DNA of 64,000 bases from Octopus vulgaris (GCA_951406725.2 OX597826.1:27838001-27902000); one strand, 5' to 3'. Counted from the stretch's first letter, positions 1 to 14,810 are shown. Notes: a model not told the origin generated them from the sequence alone. Translations and numbers: made by a program.

Positions 1-185
1 ACTTTTTCTCGCTCTTTCTTCCTGTTTCTGTTGTACCTGTTTTTCAAAGGACCAGCGTAACTCTGTGTTACGCTGAATTTCCCTGAGAACTACATTAAGG
101 GTACATATGTCTGTGGAGTGCTCAGCCACTTGCACGTTAATTTCAACTGGAACCCTCGTCGTCGTAACCGACGGAGTGCCACGAT
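1..185 (+). mobile_element. SINE family C, 3' part (cut by window edge)
   Basis: Shares ccctgagaactac(a/g)ttaagggtaca and gtcgtaaccgacggagt with the copy at 21924-22222; a diverged reverse copy lies at 42490-42790. Confidence 0.7.
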
Positions 186-426
186 ATCATAGATATTTAA
201 ATACAAATGCATATGTATGTTTATATGTAATACATATATATTTTATGAGCGTGTGTGCATGTGTGTGTATGTGTGTGTGTGTGTGTGTGTGGTCGTAAGC
301 TTATTAAAATAAATATATTTAACTTCGATTCAATTCTCGCTTGCATCTGATTCACTTTCTACACTAAATCGATACTCCTTGGTGAAGTTAGAAACATTCC
401 ACTAAAATTCCGATCTCGTATGGAAA

Positions 427-606
427 AAATAATTTGCGTATAAATTATTTCTGTTTCAATATCATGTCGCTTACGCTAACTTACCCTCGGTCATACACAC
501 ACACATACAATACACATACACATACACGCACACACAGAGAGAAATAATTTACGTAAAAACCATTTGTGTTCGAATATCTTGTCGTTTACGCTAACTTACC
601 CTCCGT

Positions 607-620
<14 letters not shown>
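427..620. repeat. Local direct duplication, ~115-bp period, each unit ending in (CA)n
   Basis: aaataattt...aatatc(a/t)tgtcg(c/t)ttacgctaacttaccctc(g/c)gtca occurs twice. Confidence 0.8.
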
Positions 621-661
<41 letters not shown>

Positions 662-907
662 ACACACATCCACAAAGAGGTACACGCAAACAAAAAGATG
701 CCTTGCAGCCTTACATTAACCAAATGAAGCGGACATTATTGACGGGAAGTATAGTTAACCACTGTAGGTATAATATAACTATCAAATGTTTTTTCTCGCT
801 TGCCATATATCTCTAGTTACATGCACGTCTTACAGCTCCTACCGTCATGTTTCAATTGAGAAGCTTCAAAAGAAGATATGGTCACGCACTATATATCGCC
901 ATCACTA

Positions 908-1305
908 TTCTTTTATTCTTTCATTTGTTTCAGTCATTTGACTACAGCCAGGCTGGAGCACCACCTTTAGTCGAGCAAATCGACCCCAAGACTGATTCTT
1001 TGTGAGCCTAGTACTTATTCCATCGGTCTCTTTTACCGAACCGCTAAGTTACGGGGACGTAAACACATCGGCTTCGGTTGTCAAGTGATGCTGGAAAGAC
1101 ACACAAACATACACACACATACACACACACATGTATATATATGTATATAACACGGCCTTCTTTCAGTTTCCGTCTACTAAATCCACTCACAAGTCTTTGG
1201 TCAGCCTGAGGCTATAGTAGGAGATACTTATCCAAAGTGCCCCGCAGTGGGACTGAACCCGGAACGATTTGGTTGGGAAACAAGCTTCTTACCACACAGC
1301 CACAC
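908..1305 (-). mobile_element. SINE family A (tRNA head, CORE-like box, internal TA/TG microsatellite; resembles octopus OR-type SINEs)
   Basis: Family minus-strand layout: gtggctgtgtggtaag (A box), gggttcagtccc (B box), ccttgggcaagtgtc (CORE-like), microsatellite, then a tail ending gactgaaacaa. More than 12 copies in the window. Confidence 0.85.
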
Positions 1306-1665
1306 GTATATAGCTACACGCGAGCGCGCACTGACACACACTCACACATATATATATACCTAAAGCCGGATTGAAACATATGTAGGATTCTGTTTTGGTT
1401 ATTTCTTTTGTTGATCCGGTTCCTTTATATACTGTATCGTTTTCATAATATACTGTATTACTTTTTCATTAGGTTACAAATCAATTTAACCAAGTTTCTA
1501 CTATATTTTCCTTCTCCATTTTCTTTTATTAACATTACACATTATTTCACTGTTTATACATATATATTGCGGAATTTTCCTTCAATGTATTTGATAACAC
1601 CAGTTGGTATCCGGATTGTTATATAATAATCCTTTATGAGAAAATTACATCCACAATACTTGGAT

Positions 1666-1736
<71 letters not shown>

Positions 1737-1860
1737 GTATGTATATATATATATATATATATATTTATATGTATGTATTTGGTTCTGGTGTTCGCTGTAT
1801 TTTTCCTCTAGAGAATTTCCTTGTAGTTTGATCGTTGATGGTCTATTTCTAGCATTTCTA

Positions 1861-2247
1861 TTTTAGAGAGACTTAGTTATTTTAATATTTCTATTATTGA
1901 AAACAAGTGGATGTATTCCACCGAAACTAGGTAAATAAAACCATCGAACAGAGATTGTCGGAAGCGACACCTACTGGCTGGCTACGCTGCATTGAAAAGG
2001 GGCAATACCCCGAAACGCGTCTGTAGCTGCCGGTCAAGTAGTGTGGAGCGACTGACCTCCCTTGTTCGAAGGTTATATGGATACAGTTTGTGTATCAAAT
2101 AGCTAACTTAAGGCGATGGCCTCATGGAGCTAATAAGCGGACAGCTTTTTTCTTATTTTTATAAGAATGCCATATTAGTATGGCGATAACTATTATTTTC
2201 CGGGAACGCTGCCGCTGTTCTCTTTTAGAGAGACTTAGTTATTTTAA

Positions 2248-2255
<8 letters not shown>
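1861..2255 (+). mobile_element. Penelope/retrozyme-like unit bounded by a 33-bp direct repeat
   Basis: ttttagagagacttagttattttaatatttcta at 1861-1893 and 2223-2255 (362-bp period); contains a hammerhead fold; right end abuts (AT)n. Confidence 0.6.
1971..2041 (+). ncRNA. Type I hammerhead ribozyme, U3-A8 core variant
   Basis: Stem I ctact/agtag + ggctggc/gccggtc + gctgca/tgtagc; core TTGAAAA (1992-1998); stem II gggg-caata-cccc; GAAA (2012-2015); palindromic stem III ACGCGT; GUC site ending at 2021. Confidence 0.7.
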
Positions 2256-2330
<75 letters not shown>

Positions 2331-2346
2331 CATGCATATGTATAAA

Positions 2347-2501
2347 CTAGCATTTGTTTCTTATAAGCGTCGAAATGTGTATTGAACGATATACATTAGA
2401 TGATATTTTTTCAAACGCAGAACGACACTTACAACAGCAGAAATATAATCTAATTTGTATCGTTTAATACACATTTCAACGCTTATATAAACAAATGCTA
2501 G
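2347..2501. repeat. Inverted repeat, ~55-bp arms
   Basis: 2347-2401 is the reverse complement of 2448-2501 with a few mismatches. Confidence 0.8.
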
Positions 2502-3331
2502 CTTGTTTATATTTACACACGTAGTTGTACAATTAGTCATGTAGAGTCTAAAATCGCGAACGAATTTGTCAGAATGTAGCTTAGCTCTATGGTAAAATAC
2601 TTTGCTGGAGTCTTTGAGGGATATGGGTTAGAGTCCTATGGCTGGTTGTTAAATGGTTTTTCACTTTGTAAAGGTAATTCACCTAGCATTTCATCTGTTC
2701 TAACAGCAATTCTGCGTTCGAAAAAATATCATCTAATCTATAGATACATATATATGTATGTATTATATTGTACTATATTATATGAGCGTCAATGAAGACA
2801 TTCCCGCTTAGTGTTATATTATATCTCAATTTGATATGTTATAAAATTTTAATATACAACAAACTATAATCTTAATAACTTTCATAATTCTCACTGCTTT
2901 AATTTTCAAATATTTTTTCTATAAATATCTTCTCATTTACCCCCATATTCTAACAATCTCCCATACCTCCAATCTTCTTTACTCGAATGAGAATTGTCGG
3001 TACTATATTGCAATCTACTCCGAACAAATCCAGTAAACTTGCCGTTTATCATCTGGTTTAATCCAATAACAACGTTTCCAAGTGCAACGATTTAACCTTC
3101 AAGCTAGGCTGATCAGATTTCTCAGCTGACATTTCGACAGTGAGATAAAAATCCCTCTGTTTGTGTTTTCTAATCATCAATCTCTCAGGCTTTGTTAATT
3201 TTAGTTGTGTTTTGTTCGACATTCATACTTCGTACGGCCTATGGAATTTAAGAAGGGAATATCACAAACGAACAAGCATACTTATATGCTTGCATGCATA
3301 TATGTGTGCGTGTGTGTGAGTGTTGTGTGTC

Positions 3332-3378
<47 letters not shown>

Positions 3379-3499
3379 ATATATATATATATGTATATGT
3401 ATATATACATGTATATATATATATATATATACTTATGTATGTACGTATATAAATGCGGTCATAGAGGCACACGTACATACATGTATATACACGCATATA

Positions 3500-3564
<65 letters not shown>

Positions 3565-4431
3565 GTATATATTTATCTATATATATTTCACACATACATC
3601 CGCATACATTCATGCATACGTACATACACACCTATCTACATACATGTATTCATACGTACATTAAAATACACACACACACAACGCCATTTTGATTTTAAAT
3701 GAATTGCACTTTTTTATATCAATTACCATTATTATCATTATTCTTGTTGTTAGTTTTTGCTTTTCTTTTTCTTCTTATTATTTATTGCTATTATTATTAT
3801 TATTTATTGCTATTATTATTATTATTATTATTATTATTTCAATTGCCGTTATTTTAGTTCTTTTAGTTTACAGTTATTTTATATATCGTAATTGGCTAAT
3901 TCATTTAATGTTGTTGGTGTTGTTGTCATGATATTGTTGTACAGTGACAAAACTATGTTTGGTATTTTCATTTTAACGTATTAACGATTAATTTCTGGCT
4001 AGGTAGCTCTCACAAATTACGTTTTTTAACAACAGAAATATGGTCGTTATTTTCAAATATTTGTTTGTTAAATAGTTTATTTATAGTTATCTTGTTTTTT
4101 CTATTACTTTTTTTTATTTCGATTCAGTATATCTTTGTTTTGAATATTAATATAGATGTGTAGGGGGTGTATTGTGGTGGCTTTTAGAAAACTATAAATT
4201 GCGGTGAGAGATGGGTTTTGTGTCTGCTTGAGTACAAGAAAAATGTACGAATGCATGGTGTATAGATAGCTGTGTGTATATATGCATTTTCATATATGAA
4301 TGTAAGCATATGTAATATTTATATACGTGTGTGTGTGTTTGTGAGAGTGCATGAAAGTATAAATATGTATCTCTATGAGGGTGCGTGCGTGTGTGTGTGT
4401 GTGTGCGTGTGTTAGTGTTTGTACGTAAGTG

Positions 4432-4475
<44 letters not shown>

Positions 4476-4499
4476 CATGTATGTATGCATGTGTGTGTG

Positions 4500-4820
4500 A
4501 TAGAATCGTTAGCATGCCAGGTGAAATGCGTAGCCGTATTTCGTCTGCCGGTACGTTCTGAGTTCAAATTCGGCCAAGGTCGACTTTGCCTTTCATCCTT
4601 TCGGGGTCGATTAAATAAGTATCAGTTACGCACTGGGGTCGATATAATCGACTTAATCCGTTTGTCTGTCCTTGTTTGTCCCTTCTGTGTTTAGCCCCTT
4701 GTGGGTAGTAAAGAAATAGGTATTTCGTCTGCTGTTACGTTCTGTGTTCAAATTCCACCGAGGTCGACTTTGCCTCTCATATTTTCAATGTCGATTAAAT
4801 AAGTACCAGTTACGCATTTG
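4500..4820 (+). mobile_element. SINE family B, dimeric form
   Basis: Head agaatcgttagc, B-box-like gagttcaaatt, body gtcgactttgcctttcatcctttcggggtcgat; the body is repeated after a linker ending aaagaaatagg. Confidence 0.8.
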
Positions 4821-4829
4821 TGAAAGAAA

Positions 4830-6225
4830 AAGCAGTGGAGCATTAAGCAAGATGAAATGTGAAGTCCGAAACATTTGCGTTCCATTCAGAATGTCTGGTT
4901 AGGAGAAAAAAGCCTCAAGACTTTCGAAACGCATCAGATGCGAGAGATTAAGACAATGTAGTAACTGCTGAAAGAAGTTTATGGTTCACAAGAATCATCT
5001 TTTGCTCCTGTTAAGAGCAAATAAGGAAATAAGATCTCGAAGCAGCCAAATGAAATATAGGCTACATGGAAGGAATGCTACAATATTCTATTCAAACGGT
5101 TAGGAGAGAGACTAATTAATCTGTACTAGATGATTCTGTGCAGCTGCAATTGAAGGAATGTTAAGATGGAGCCCCAAATGAGGAGGAAACCAACAAAGCC
5201 ATAGTACAAATGAACAATTAAAAAAATCACCAAGTATGGATGAAATACCTACAGAGGTACGGAAATGGAAGCAGAGGGAGATTAGTTGAAAATTCTGTCG
5301 TACGAGATTATCTTTTCTGTCTGGAACTCATCGACACATCAAGACTAAAGTGACGTCATCTTGGTGTCCCTGCTTAAGAAAAGTGAGTAACCTGAGAGCA
5401 GATATTTTCGGACATCTTGCTGCTTTCTGTAGTGGGCAATGTTTTCACAAGTGCTTTGCTGAACAGATTGATATCCGCCGGAGAAAATGATATATTCGTG
5501 AAATGCGATGTGGTTTTAGAGCAAGAAGAGAAACAAACGACATGCTACTATTTTCTGCATAACTTAAGGTAAATTTTACTGAGCAAAATCTTCATCTGAT
5601 TCCGCGCCAAGATATTCATTTACAGAACTATTGTGCTCTCATCTTTATTGTATGTCTGTGAAACTTGGATAGTTTACAATGACCAAGTTAGGCTTCTTGA
5701 ACTGTTTCACCAACACTGTTTAAAGACAAATACTCGCTGAGTAGTGGGCCACACATATCTCGGATATCTAAGTTCAAGAGAAAACTCAAATGACCGACAA
5801 TGAAGCTATCATCATTCGGAGTGACTGAACATGGAGTGGACATCGTGTTCGACTAAGTAATACCAGAATCCCAAAGCAATTATTTTATAGGGAATTGAAA
5901 GAAGGAAAGGGGAAAGCCTCAACATCCAAACAGTGATGCAGAGTTTGAGATGAACTAGAAAAACTGTTACTTCTATTGAAGACTGGGAAGAAAGACCAGG
6001 CGGTGATAGAGCAAAATGGAGAAAAGCAATCATAGATTGTGCAGCATTATTTGAGGAATTCGGTAGAGGAATTCGGTAGAGGAATTTGGTAGAGGAATTC
6101 GGAAGAGGAAGCAAACTGCAACATGGAAGGGAACCGACAAAAGTAGTCAATGCGAACTATCTGGAAGAATCTGTCTTTTGTTACTGCTTACTAGTACCAC
6201 ATAAGTTGGTGTGGACGATGTTATG
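4830..6225 (+). pseudogene. Decayed RTE-clade LINE ORF with most of the RT core deleted
   Basis: Hand translation gives KEVYGSQ..APVKSK, SPSMDEIPTEV, CGFRARRETNDML, YRTIVLSSLLYVCETW and WSGHRVRLSNTRIPKAIFYRELKEG, typical of RTE/BovB-type ORFs; many stops and frameshifts. Confidence 0.8.
6053..6110 (+). repeat. 13-bp tandem repeat (gaggaattcggta) x~4.5 inside the RTE relic
   Basis: Directly visible. Confidence 0.9.
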
Positions 6226-6420
6226 AAGGAGGTACAGTATTCCAATTACTCTGGTTTGACGTGCTGGATGTGGGGCAATTTGATGTAGTCCAAAGTTGGC
6301 ATGAAGAGCTATTTATGAAGTCATAGAACGAATGAAGCTCAAGACGAAATTCCGAAACCTCGTTTCTCGAGAACGAGTTGACAACTAATATCATGTGTGC
6401 ATATACATATTTATAGGCAT

Positions 6421-6494
<74 letters not shown>

Positions 6495-6560
6495 CTGTGT
6501 GTATGTATATATATATATACGTTTATATATTTGTTGTGCTAGATTTTTTATGTGAAGTCA

Positions 6561-7248
6561 TTGTTGTATTTCGGAATGGTCATTTTGCCAGTTTAGCCAA
6601 TAAAAACACACGCACTATATATTTGGTGTTACTTTGCTTCAGTGTTATTTATTTTTTACATTAATCTTAATCTTATTTCGGCCAGAGTTCTTTCGTCACA
6701 CTCCTGTGACCGCATCAGTGGTCCTTTGCTTTCTTCTTTCTTATTTGTGTCTCTCCTTACTAACCGTCAGCCATTTTGTATTTCTATTGTATGTGTCTTC
6801 ATTTGCGCATGCGTATATCTCTATGTGCGTCTATGCTTAGTTAGTGTGTATGTGTGTGGGGGGGAATGCCTGTAATATTTGTATCTTCTGTTTATATACG
6901 TTCGTATAATTTGTTTTTGTTTTTGTTTATTCTTTTTTTGTTCATGTTTACATCCACTTATTATTATTATTATTATTATCGTTATTATTATTATTACGTA
7001 TGCTTGTATGTATGAATTTATGTATGTATAACAACAATACTAGTAAAACATTTTTAAAAAAATTTTAACTTAAAAATTATAGTTATTTATTTCTATTTGT
7101 TTATTTATCTGTGTATTTTATTCATTATGTTTTCGGTTTTGTTTATATTGTAACCAGTTTATGGGGACCCTCTTCTGTCACACGTTGTGGTGTGTGCTAG
7201 TGTTTTTATTGGCTAAACTGGCAAAATGACCATCCCGAAATACAACAA
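6561..7248. repeat. 49-bp inverted pair around a ~590-bp spacer
   Basis: 6561-6609 versus 7200-7248, one mismatch. Confidence 0.85.
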
Positions 7249-7327
7249 TATATATATACATATATAAACATTATTATTTTTAAATCTCTTAAAGAGAGAT
7301 GTTCAGTACGAATACTTTAACGTAAAT

Positions 7328-7534
7328 ACTATTTGCCAACATAATGTGGCAGTCCTAAATGGGACGAATGCTACTGTTGTTTATCCTCGTTCTGGATGAG
7401 GATGCTGATGTCCCCTGTTCGAAAATATAAGGACACAGATATTGTGTCATATAGCCAGACGGAAACATTTCCCAGGACTAAACAACAGTAACATTCGTCC
7501 CATCCAGGACTGGCATATTACGTTGGCAAATAGT
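7328..7534. repeat. Inverted repeat, ~60-bp arms
   Basis: 7328-7387 versus 7474-7534. Confidence 0.8.
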
Positions 7535-7591
7535 CTTAACTTCATATATATATTATATGTATGTGTGTATGTGAATATGTATATATATGAA

Positions 7592-7699
<108 letters not shown>

Positions 7700-7767
7700 T
7701 ATTCATTAAACAAATCATCTAGAGGTTTTGAGTTCAATCTTCGGCAAGACACTAAGGTGAATCAAAG

Positions 7768-7810
7768 ACACCTGAAGATAGTTGGAATGTGCAACAGCCG
7801 AAACATAGAG
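7768..7810 (+). ncRNA. Degenerate Penelope-type minimal hammerhead motif
   Basis: CTGAAGA (7772-7778), imperfect stem gttg/cagc, GAAA (7800-7803); stems I and III are damaged. Confidence 0.35.
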
Positions 7811-7854
7811 GAAAGTAACGACCAAGAAGAGGAGGTGAGATTGACAGTGGTTAC

Positions 7855-8056
7855 AAATTTTGGTACAAGGCCACCAATTTCGGGGTAGGGAGTTAAACCG
7901 ATTACATTGACCCCAGTCTTCCACTGAAGACTGGGGTCGAAGAGCCCTGAAATAATGAAAGGTAAAGTCGACCTCGGCGGAATTTGAACTCAGAACTTGA
8001 AAACGGGTGAAATGCTGCTATGAATTCTGCGTGAGGTGCTAGCCATTCTACCAATT
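7855..8056 (-). mobile_element. SINE family B
   Basis: gaaaggtaaagtcgacctcggcggaatttgaactcagaac on the plus strand. Confidence 0.75.
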
Positions 8057-9187
8057 TAATGTGTGATTGATATTGGGAGGTCGCGGAATGTAGAAGAAAA
8101 AATTGTGAAGAACTCGGAACATCAGACTTAGATCCACTATTATTAATTAAACCTAATCTCCATTCCAACATCTCTGTTTTTCATTTAGTTTTGTAGAGGC
8201 AGACACTGAAACAGTCACAGACGAAGACCCTTACCCGATCTCTTCAGATTCCGTCTTTTATCCCATTAGCCGAATCAGGCCGCCTGTGGTTGTATTCATG
8301 TATTCTTGTATCTTATAGGATTTTGATCTCTATGTTCTGCGTTTTGTAACTCTCGAAATTTATCACGTGACACACAATGGCCGCATGTGCAATAACTAAC
8401 AATCACTAATAGGGAATTATCGCAACGGTCAAATTTCGTAATCACTTTGTAATAATGCAATATATAATTGGTTCCGCGTCTGTTGGGAGTAACAGTCAAG
8501 TGCGGTAATGATATAACGATTTAATGATTAAATTACGTAATAGCCATGTGACACAATGGTCAAGCCCAGTTATTGCAATATAATAATGACAATAACCGCT
8601 AAATGACATTAAAAGAATTTGCTGACCATCTCATGCAATAATCATCTATGTTCTCTCCATGTGAAGCTTATATAAAAGCGATGCAGTTTCATTCTGAAGG
8701 TATTTGCAAGAAGACCGATATCCAGGGATGTGTGGATAAGTATAACTTGGCTTTGTGATGCATAGGTCGAGTGATATATGACACATTAAGGAGGGGTTTT
8801 TAATGACTAAGTAGGGAGTGGTAGTGACCAGTAGGGGGCGATATTATGACTAAGTAAAATAATGGTCATAAGATGAAATTTTGAGATTAGGTGGGATTTG
8901 GGTTGGAGGAGATTCGCTAGAATAACAGACTGGACCGATCACGAATTTCGAAATTATTATATAACATGACAGTCAATGACCTAACCTCTACGTTGTGGCT
9001 CGTTCTGCTATAGATAATAGCCAAATTCCATCAAAATTAAACTTAGGTCTGAAGAAAGGAAGCCTTTGTTAAAATTTGGAAGACATCAATATAAGAATAA
9101 GGTAGCTGTGATTAAAATACTTCTCATTCCAAGCTGGTTGGATCTTGACTGACTTACGGCTATAAGACTATACTCTTACTCTCTTTT

Positions 9188-9574
9188 TACTCTTTTACTT
9201 GTTTCAGTCATTTGATATGGCCATGCTAGAGCAACGCCTTTACTCGAGCAAATCGACCCCAGGACTTATTCTTTGTAAGCCTAGTACTTATTCTATCAAT
9301 CTCTTTTGTCGAACCGCTAAGTTACGGTAACGTAAACACACCAGCATCGGTTGTCAAGCGATGTTGGGGGGACAAACACAAACATACAAATACATATATA
9401 TACATATATACGACGGACTTCTTTTTAGTTTCCGTCTACCAAATCCACTCACAAGACTTTGATCGGTCCGAGGCTATAGTAGAAGACACTTGCCCAAGGT
9501 GCTACGCAGTGGGACTGAACCCGGAACCATGTGGTTCATAAGCGAGCTACTTACCACACAGCCACTCCTACGCC
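9188..9574 (-). mobile_element. SINE family A, full length
   Basis: All modules present, as at 908-1305. Confidence 0.9.
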
Positions 9575-9595
9575 AATAAAAAAATTATTATTATG

Positions 9596-10030
9596 GCTTC
9601 AAATTTGAACACAAGGCCTGAAATTGGGAGTGGGGGACTAGTCGATTACATCGACCCCAGTGCTCAACTGGAAATTAATTTATCGATACCGAAAGGATAA
9701 AAAGCAGAGTCGACCTCGGCACGATTTGAACTAGAAGTGTGAAGACACGCTAAATGTCACTATTGTATCCAGCTTGCTTAATGATTCTGCCAGCTCACCG
9801 TTTTAATACTACTAATATCGGTTTCAAAATTTGGCACACGGCCAGCAATTTCAGGGGAGGGGTAAAGTTGATTATATCTACACCTGTGTTCAACTGATAA
9901 TTTTATCGATCTCAAAATTATGAAAGGCAAAGTTGATGTCGGCAGAATTTGAACTCAAAACGTAAAAATGGATGGAAAGGCACTAAGCATTCTTTTCGAG
10001 ATGCTAACGATTCTGTCAGTTCACCAACTT
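9596..10030 (-). mobile_element. Two tandem SINE family B copies
   Basis: About 9596-9802 and 9818-10030; the head of the second abuts the (AAT)n array. Confidence 0.75.
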
Positions 10031-10042
10031 AATAATAATAAT

Positions 10043-10203
<161 letters not shown>

Positions 10204-10217
10204 GTAAAAATAATGAA

Positions 10218-10376
<159 letters not shown>

Positions 10377-10397
10377 AATAAAAATAATAAAAATTAT

Positions 10398-10431
<34 letters not shown>

Positions 10432-10455
10432 TTGATAATAATAATAATAATAATA

Positions 10456-11027
10456 ACACCCCCAGTGCTTGAAAATGACCACATCTCACTCCTCTGGAAC
10501 TTCACCATTCAAACTGACAGAAAGATAGATGCAAATAGGCCAGGCATCATATTGAAAGACTTCAAACAAAGAACATGCCTCCTCATTGATATGACTGTCC
10601 CAATCGATATAAACGTATCTATCAAGACCTACCAAAAACTGAGCAAGTATAAAGATCTTGAAATAGAAATCAGCAAAATGTAGAACCTGAAGACTAAAAC
10701 AATACCTGTTGTCATAGGTGCCCTGGGAATGATAGCAAAAGGGGCTGATAGCTACCTAGCTCAGATACCAGGAAACCCCAAAATGGCAGAAATTCAAAAG
10801 ATAGTGCTCATGGGAACTGCTCATATCTTACGCAAAATACTTTCTATGTAATCTCAAGGTTTCAAACAAACATTTTTTTTTTAGACATCCACCAGTACAA
10901 CACAAAAAACAACCAAATATATGGCACACTAGGCATAACAACAACGTGAACTTCCAACCTGTTGTCTCCTGAGGTCTCTGGGTGAGACTTGGAGCCAACT
11001 TGTACAAATATAAAGCAAAAGTCAAAC

Positions 11028-11028
<1 letters not shown>
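10456..11028 (+). mobile_element. 5'-truncated R4/Dong-type non-LTR retrotransposon, family 1 (RLE endonuclease end plus 3' UTR)
   Basis: LLWNFTIQTDRKIDANRPGII..LIDMTVP..KLSKYKDL..IPVVIGALG..IQKIVLMGTAHILRKIL; premature TAG at 10681; natural stop 10849-10851; (TAA)n on both sides. Confidence 0.9.
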
Positions 11029-11112
<84 letters not shown>

Positions 11113-11120
11113 TAATAATG

Positions 11121-11160
<40 letters not shown>

Positions 11161-11177
11161 TAATAATGATAATAATG

Positions 11178-11272
<95 letters not shown>

Positions 11273-11294
11273 AATAATGATGATGATGATGATG

Positions 11295-11386
<92 letters not shown>

Positions 11387-11389
11387 TAT

Positions 11390-12785
<1,396 letters not shown>

Positions 12786-12814
12786 TTAATTGGTTTCTTA
12801 TCTTAACTCACTGG

Positions 12815-13165
12815 TGAGTAGGAGTAGTCGGGGAACATCATAGCTATGTATTGAGAGAATTTCTTTAAAGTTTGAATAATTCACCTCTGGAAACATGGGT
12901 ATTTCGTTCAACATGCTTAAACAAACCTTATCCAAGGACCTTTTAAATGAGATGAGCTATTCGACCTGAAGAAAATTTAAACTGGGCCTCATCTGCAAGG
13001 TCATGCACTATTAATCTTGATATGAGATGATCATATCGCACACATATGGTTGTGATGCATGTGCCTGGTGTACCCTTATCAGACTTGTAGTCATGATGGG
13101 TATACTGGGCTTCATATATTTTACCCCAGTGTCACTTTGATGGCAAGCACTGCTCTCTCACTCAA
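12815..13165 (+). mobile_element. Non-coding TAA-associated element X, 5'-truncated
   Basis: Homologous to the reverse complements of 55546-56104, 56263-56640 and 56921-57391; ends ctctctcactcaat(aat)n. Confidence 0.85.
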
Positions 13166-13451
13166 TAATAATAATAATAATAATGATTATGATTTCAATT
13201 ATTTCCCACCAAGACGAACGATGAGGGGGGACAATACAAAACAGACATTAGGTGTGGTGGGTTACATATAATATTATGATAAAAATTAATTAATTAATTA
13301 ACTAATTAATTGAAAAAAGCGTGATAGTAAGAGAATGTATACACGTTATACAGTGAAAAGGGGATGGAAATATACATAGTATACAATGGTTAACAAAAAA
13401 TACATAATAGTAATAATGATAATAATAGTAATAATAATAATAATAATAATA

Positions 13452-13526
<75 letters not shown>

Positions 13527-13568
13527 GTGATGATGGTGATGATGGTGATGATGATGATGATGATGATG

Positions 13569-13634
<66 letters not shown>

Positions 13635-14254
13635 TTAATAATAATAATAACAACAACAATAATAATAATCCCTTGTACCCTTGCAGCAGAAACGTTCGTC
13701 ATATAAATTTGGTGTTCAGCATCTCACCTCAAAGCTAATAAGTTATGTAGTAAATATTGTATATCGTTATAACTTCTCCCTCTTCCTCTTTATTGACTGG
13801 AAAGCAGACGACTATGGTAGAGGTTATGTATTTCATCTACAACCTGAAATGCTTGGCCGAAAATACCTATATTTCCACTCTATACAAGTCCATTCTTGAG
13901 CGAGATGCGAGATATAATTCATAGGTTTTAATATTGGCTGTACTGTAACATTTGGCTAGGTTTTTTTTTTTTTTTTGGTTTTTTTTATCAGATAGGGTTT
14001 TGAGACTGAGATACCGTGGTTGCAAAGCGATTTTCTTAAACGCTCATCTTATGCGCCATGATGTTTATTTGAAATAAGTTTCACTTGTTTATAGCGCTGA
14101 ATAACCTGAAACGTTGAAGCATCCGATAGATCACCTTGGGACAATTGTGACAATTGTTGAAGCAGTCCGAGTTGAATTGCTGCTGGGGTCATTTTTGCCT
14201 TTCATAATTTCAAAGCGGATAAATAATAGAGCAGTCTGGTAACTGGTGTCCGTT

Positions 14255-14655
14255 CTTCTCTCTGTCTCTCCCTCTGTTTCTGTCTGATCTCTTCATCTCT
14301 CTCTCTCTCTCTCTCTCGATATTTCTTCTGCCACTCTGTCTCTCTCTTCCTCTCTTTGTGTTTATCTCTTTCTTTTTCTCTGTCTCTCTTTCTATTTCTC
14401 TGACATTTTTGCTCTATCTCTCCTTTTTTCTCTTTCTCTTTTTGCCTCTCTTCATGTCTCTCTTTTTCTTCCTCTAACTCTTTCTCTCTCTCCCTTTCTC
14501 TCACTCTCCTTTTCTCTCTCTCTCTCTTTCTCTTTTGCTCTCTGTCTATCTCGTTCTGTCTCTCTGTCTATCTCGTTGCCTGTCTGTTCCTCGCTCTTAC
14601 ACACTCACTCTCTCTCTCTCTCTCTCCTTCCCTCTCTCTATCTCTATCTCTCTTT
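14255..14655. repeat. Degenerate (CT)n polypyrimidine tract
   Basis: Directly visible. Confidence 0.9.
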
Positions 14656-14675
14656 TCGAAATCGGCCCTGTCCAG

Positions 14676-14810
14676 AACAGGAGAAAAACGCGCTCCGCCA
14701 ACTAAAAAATATCCCATAGACACTCCATGTGTCACGACGCCACAGCTACCAATCCATGTCGCACAAAGAGATCAAAAACAAAGAAAAGCTACGTTTACTT
14801 CGCAAGGGAG
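14676..14810 (+). other. Possible 135-nt exon, product unknown
   Basis: Pyrimidine tract and tccag acceptor; GAG|gtaagc donor; one fully open frame (TGEKRAPPTKKYPIDTP...). No homology recognised. Confidence 0.3.

Noticed and set aside
3205-3702. YIYI, CVCV and THTH ORFs here and throughout the window
   Set aside because: They are dinucleotide microsatellite translations.
6053-6110. Short regular repeats suggesting CRISPR
   Set aside because: There are no spacers, the context is eukaryotic, and it is a simple 13-bp tandem.
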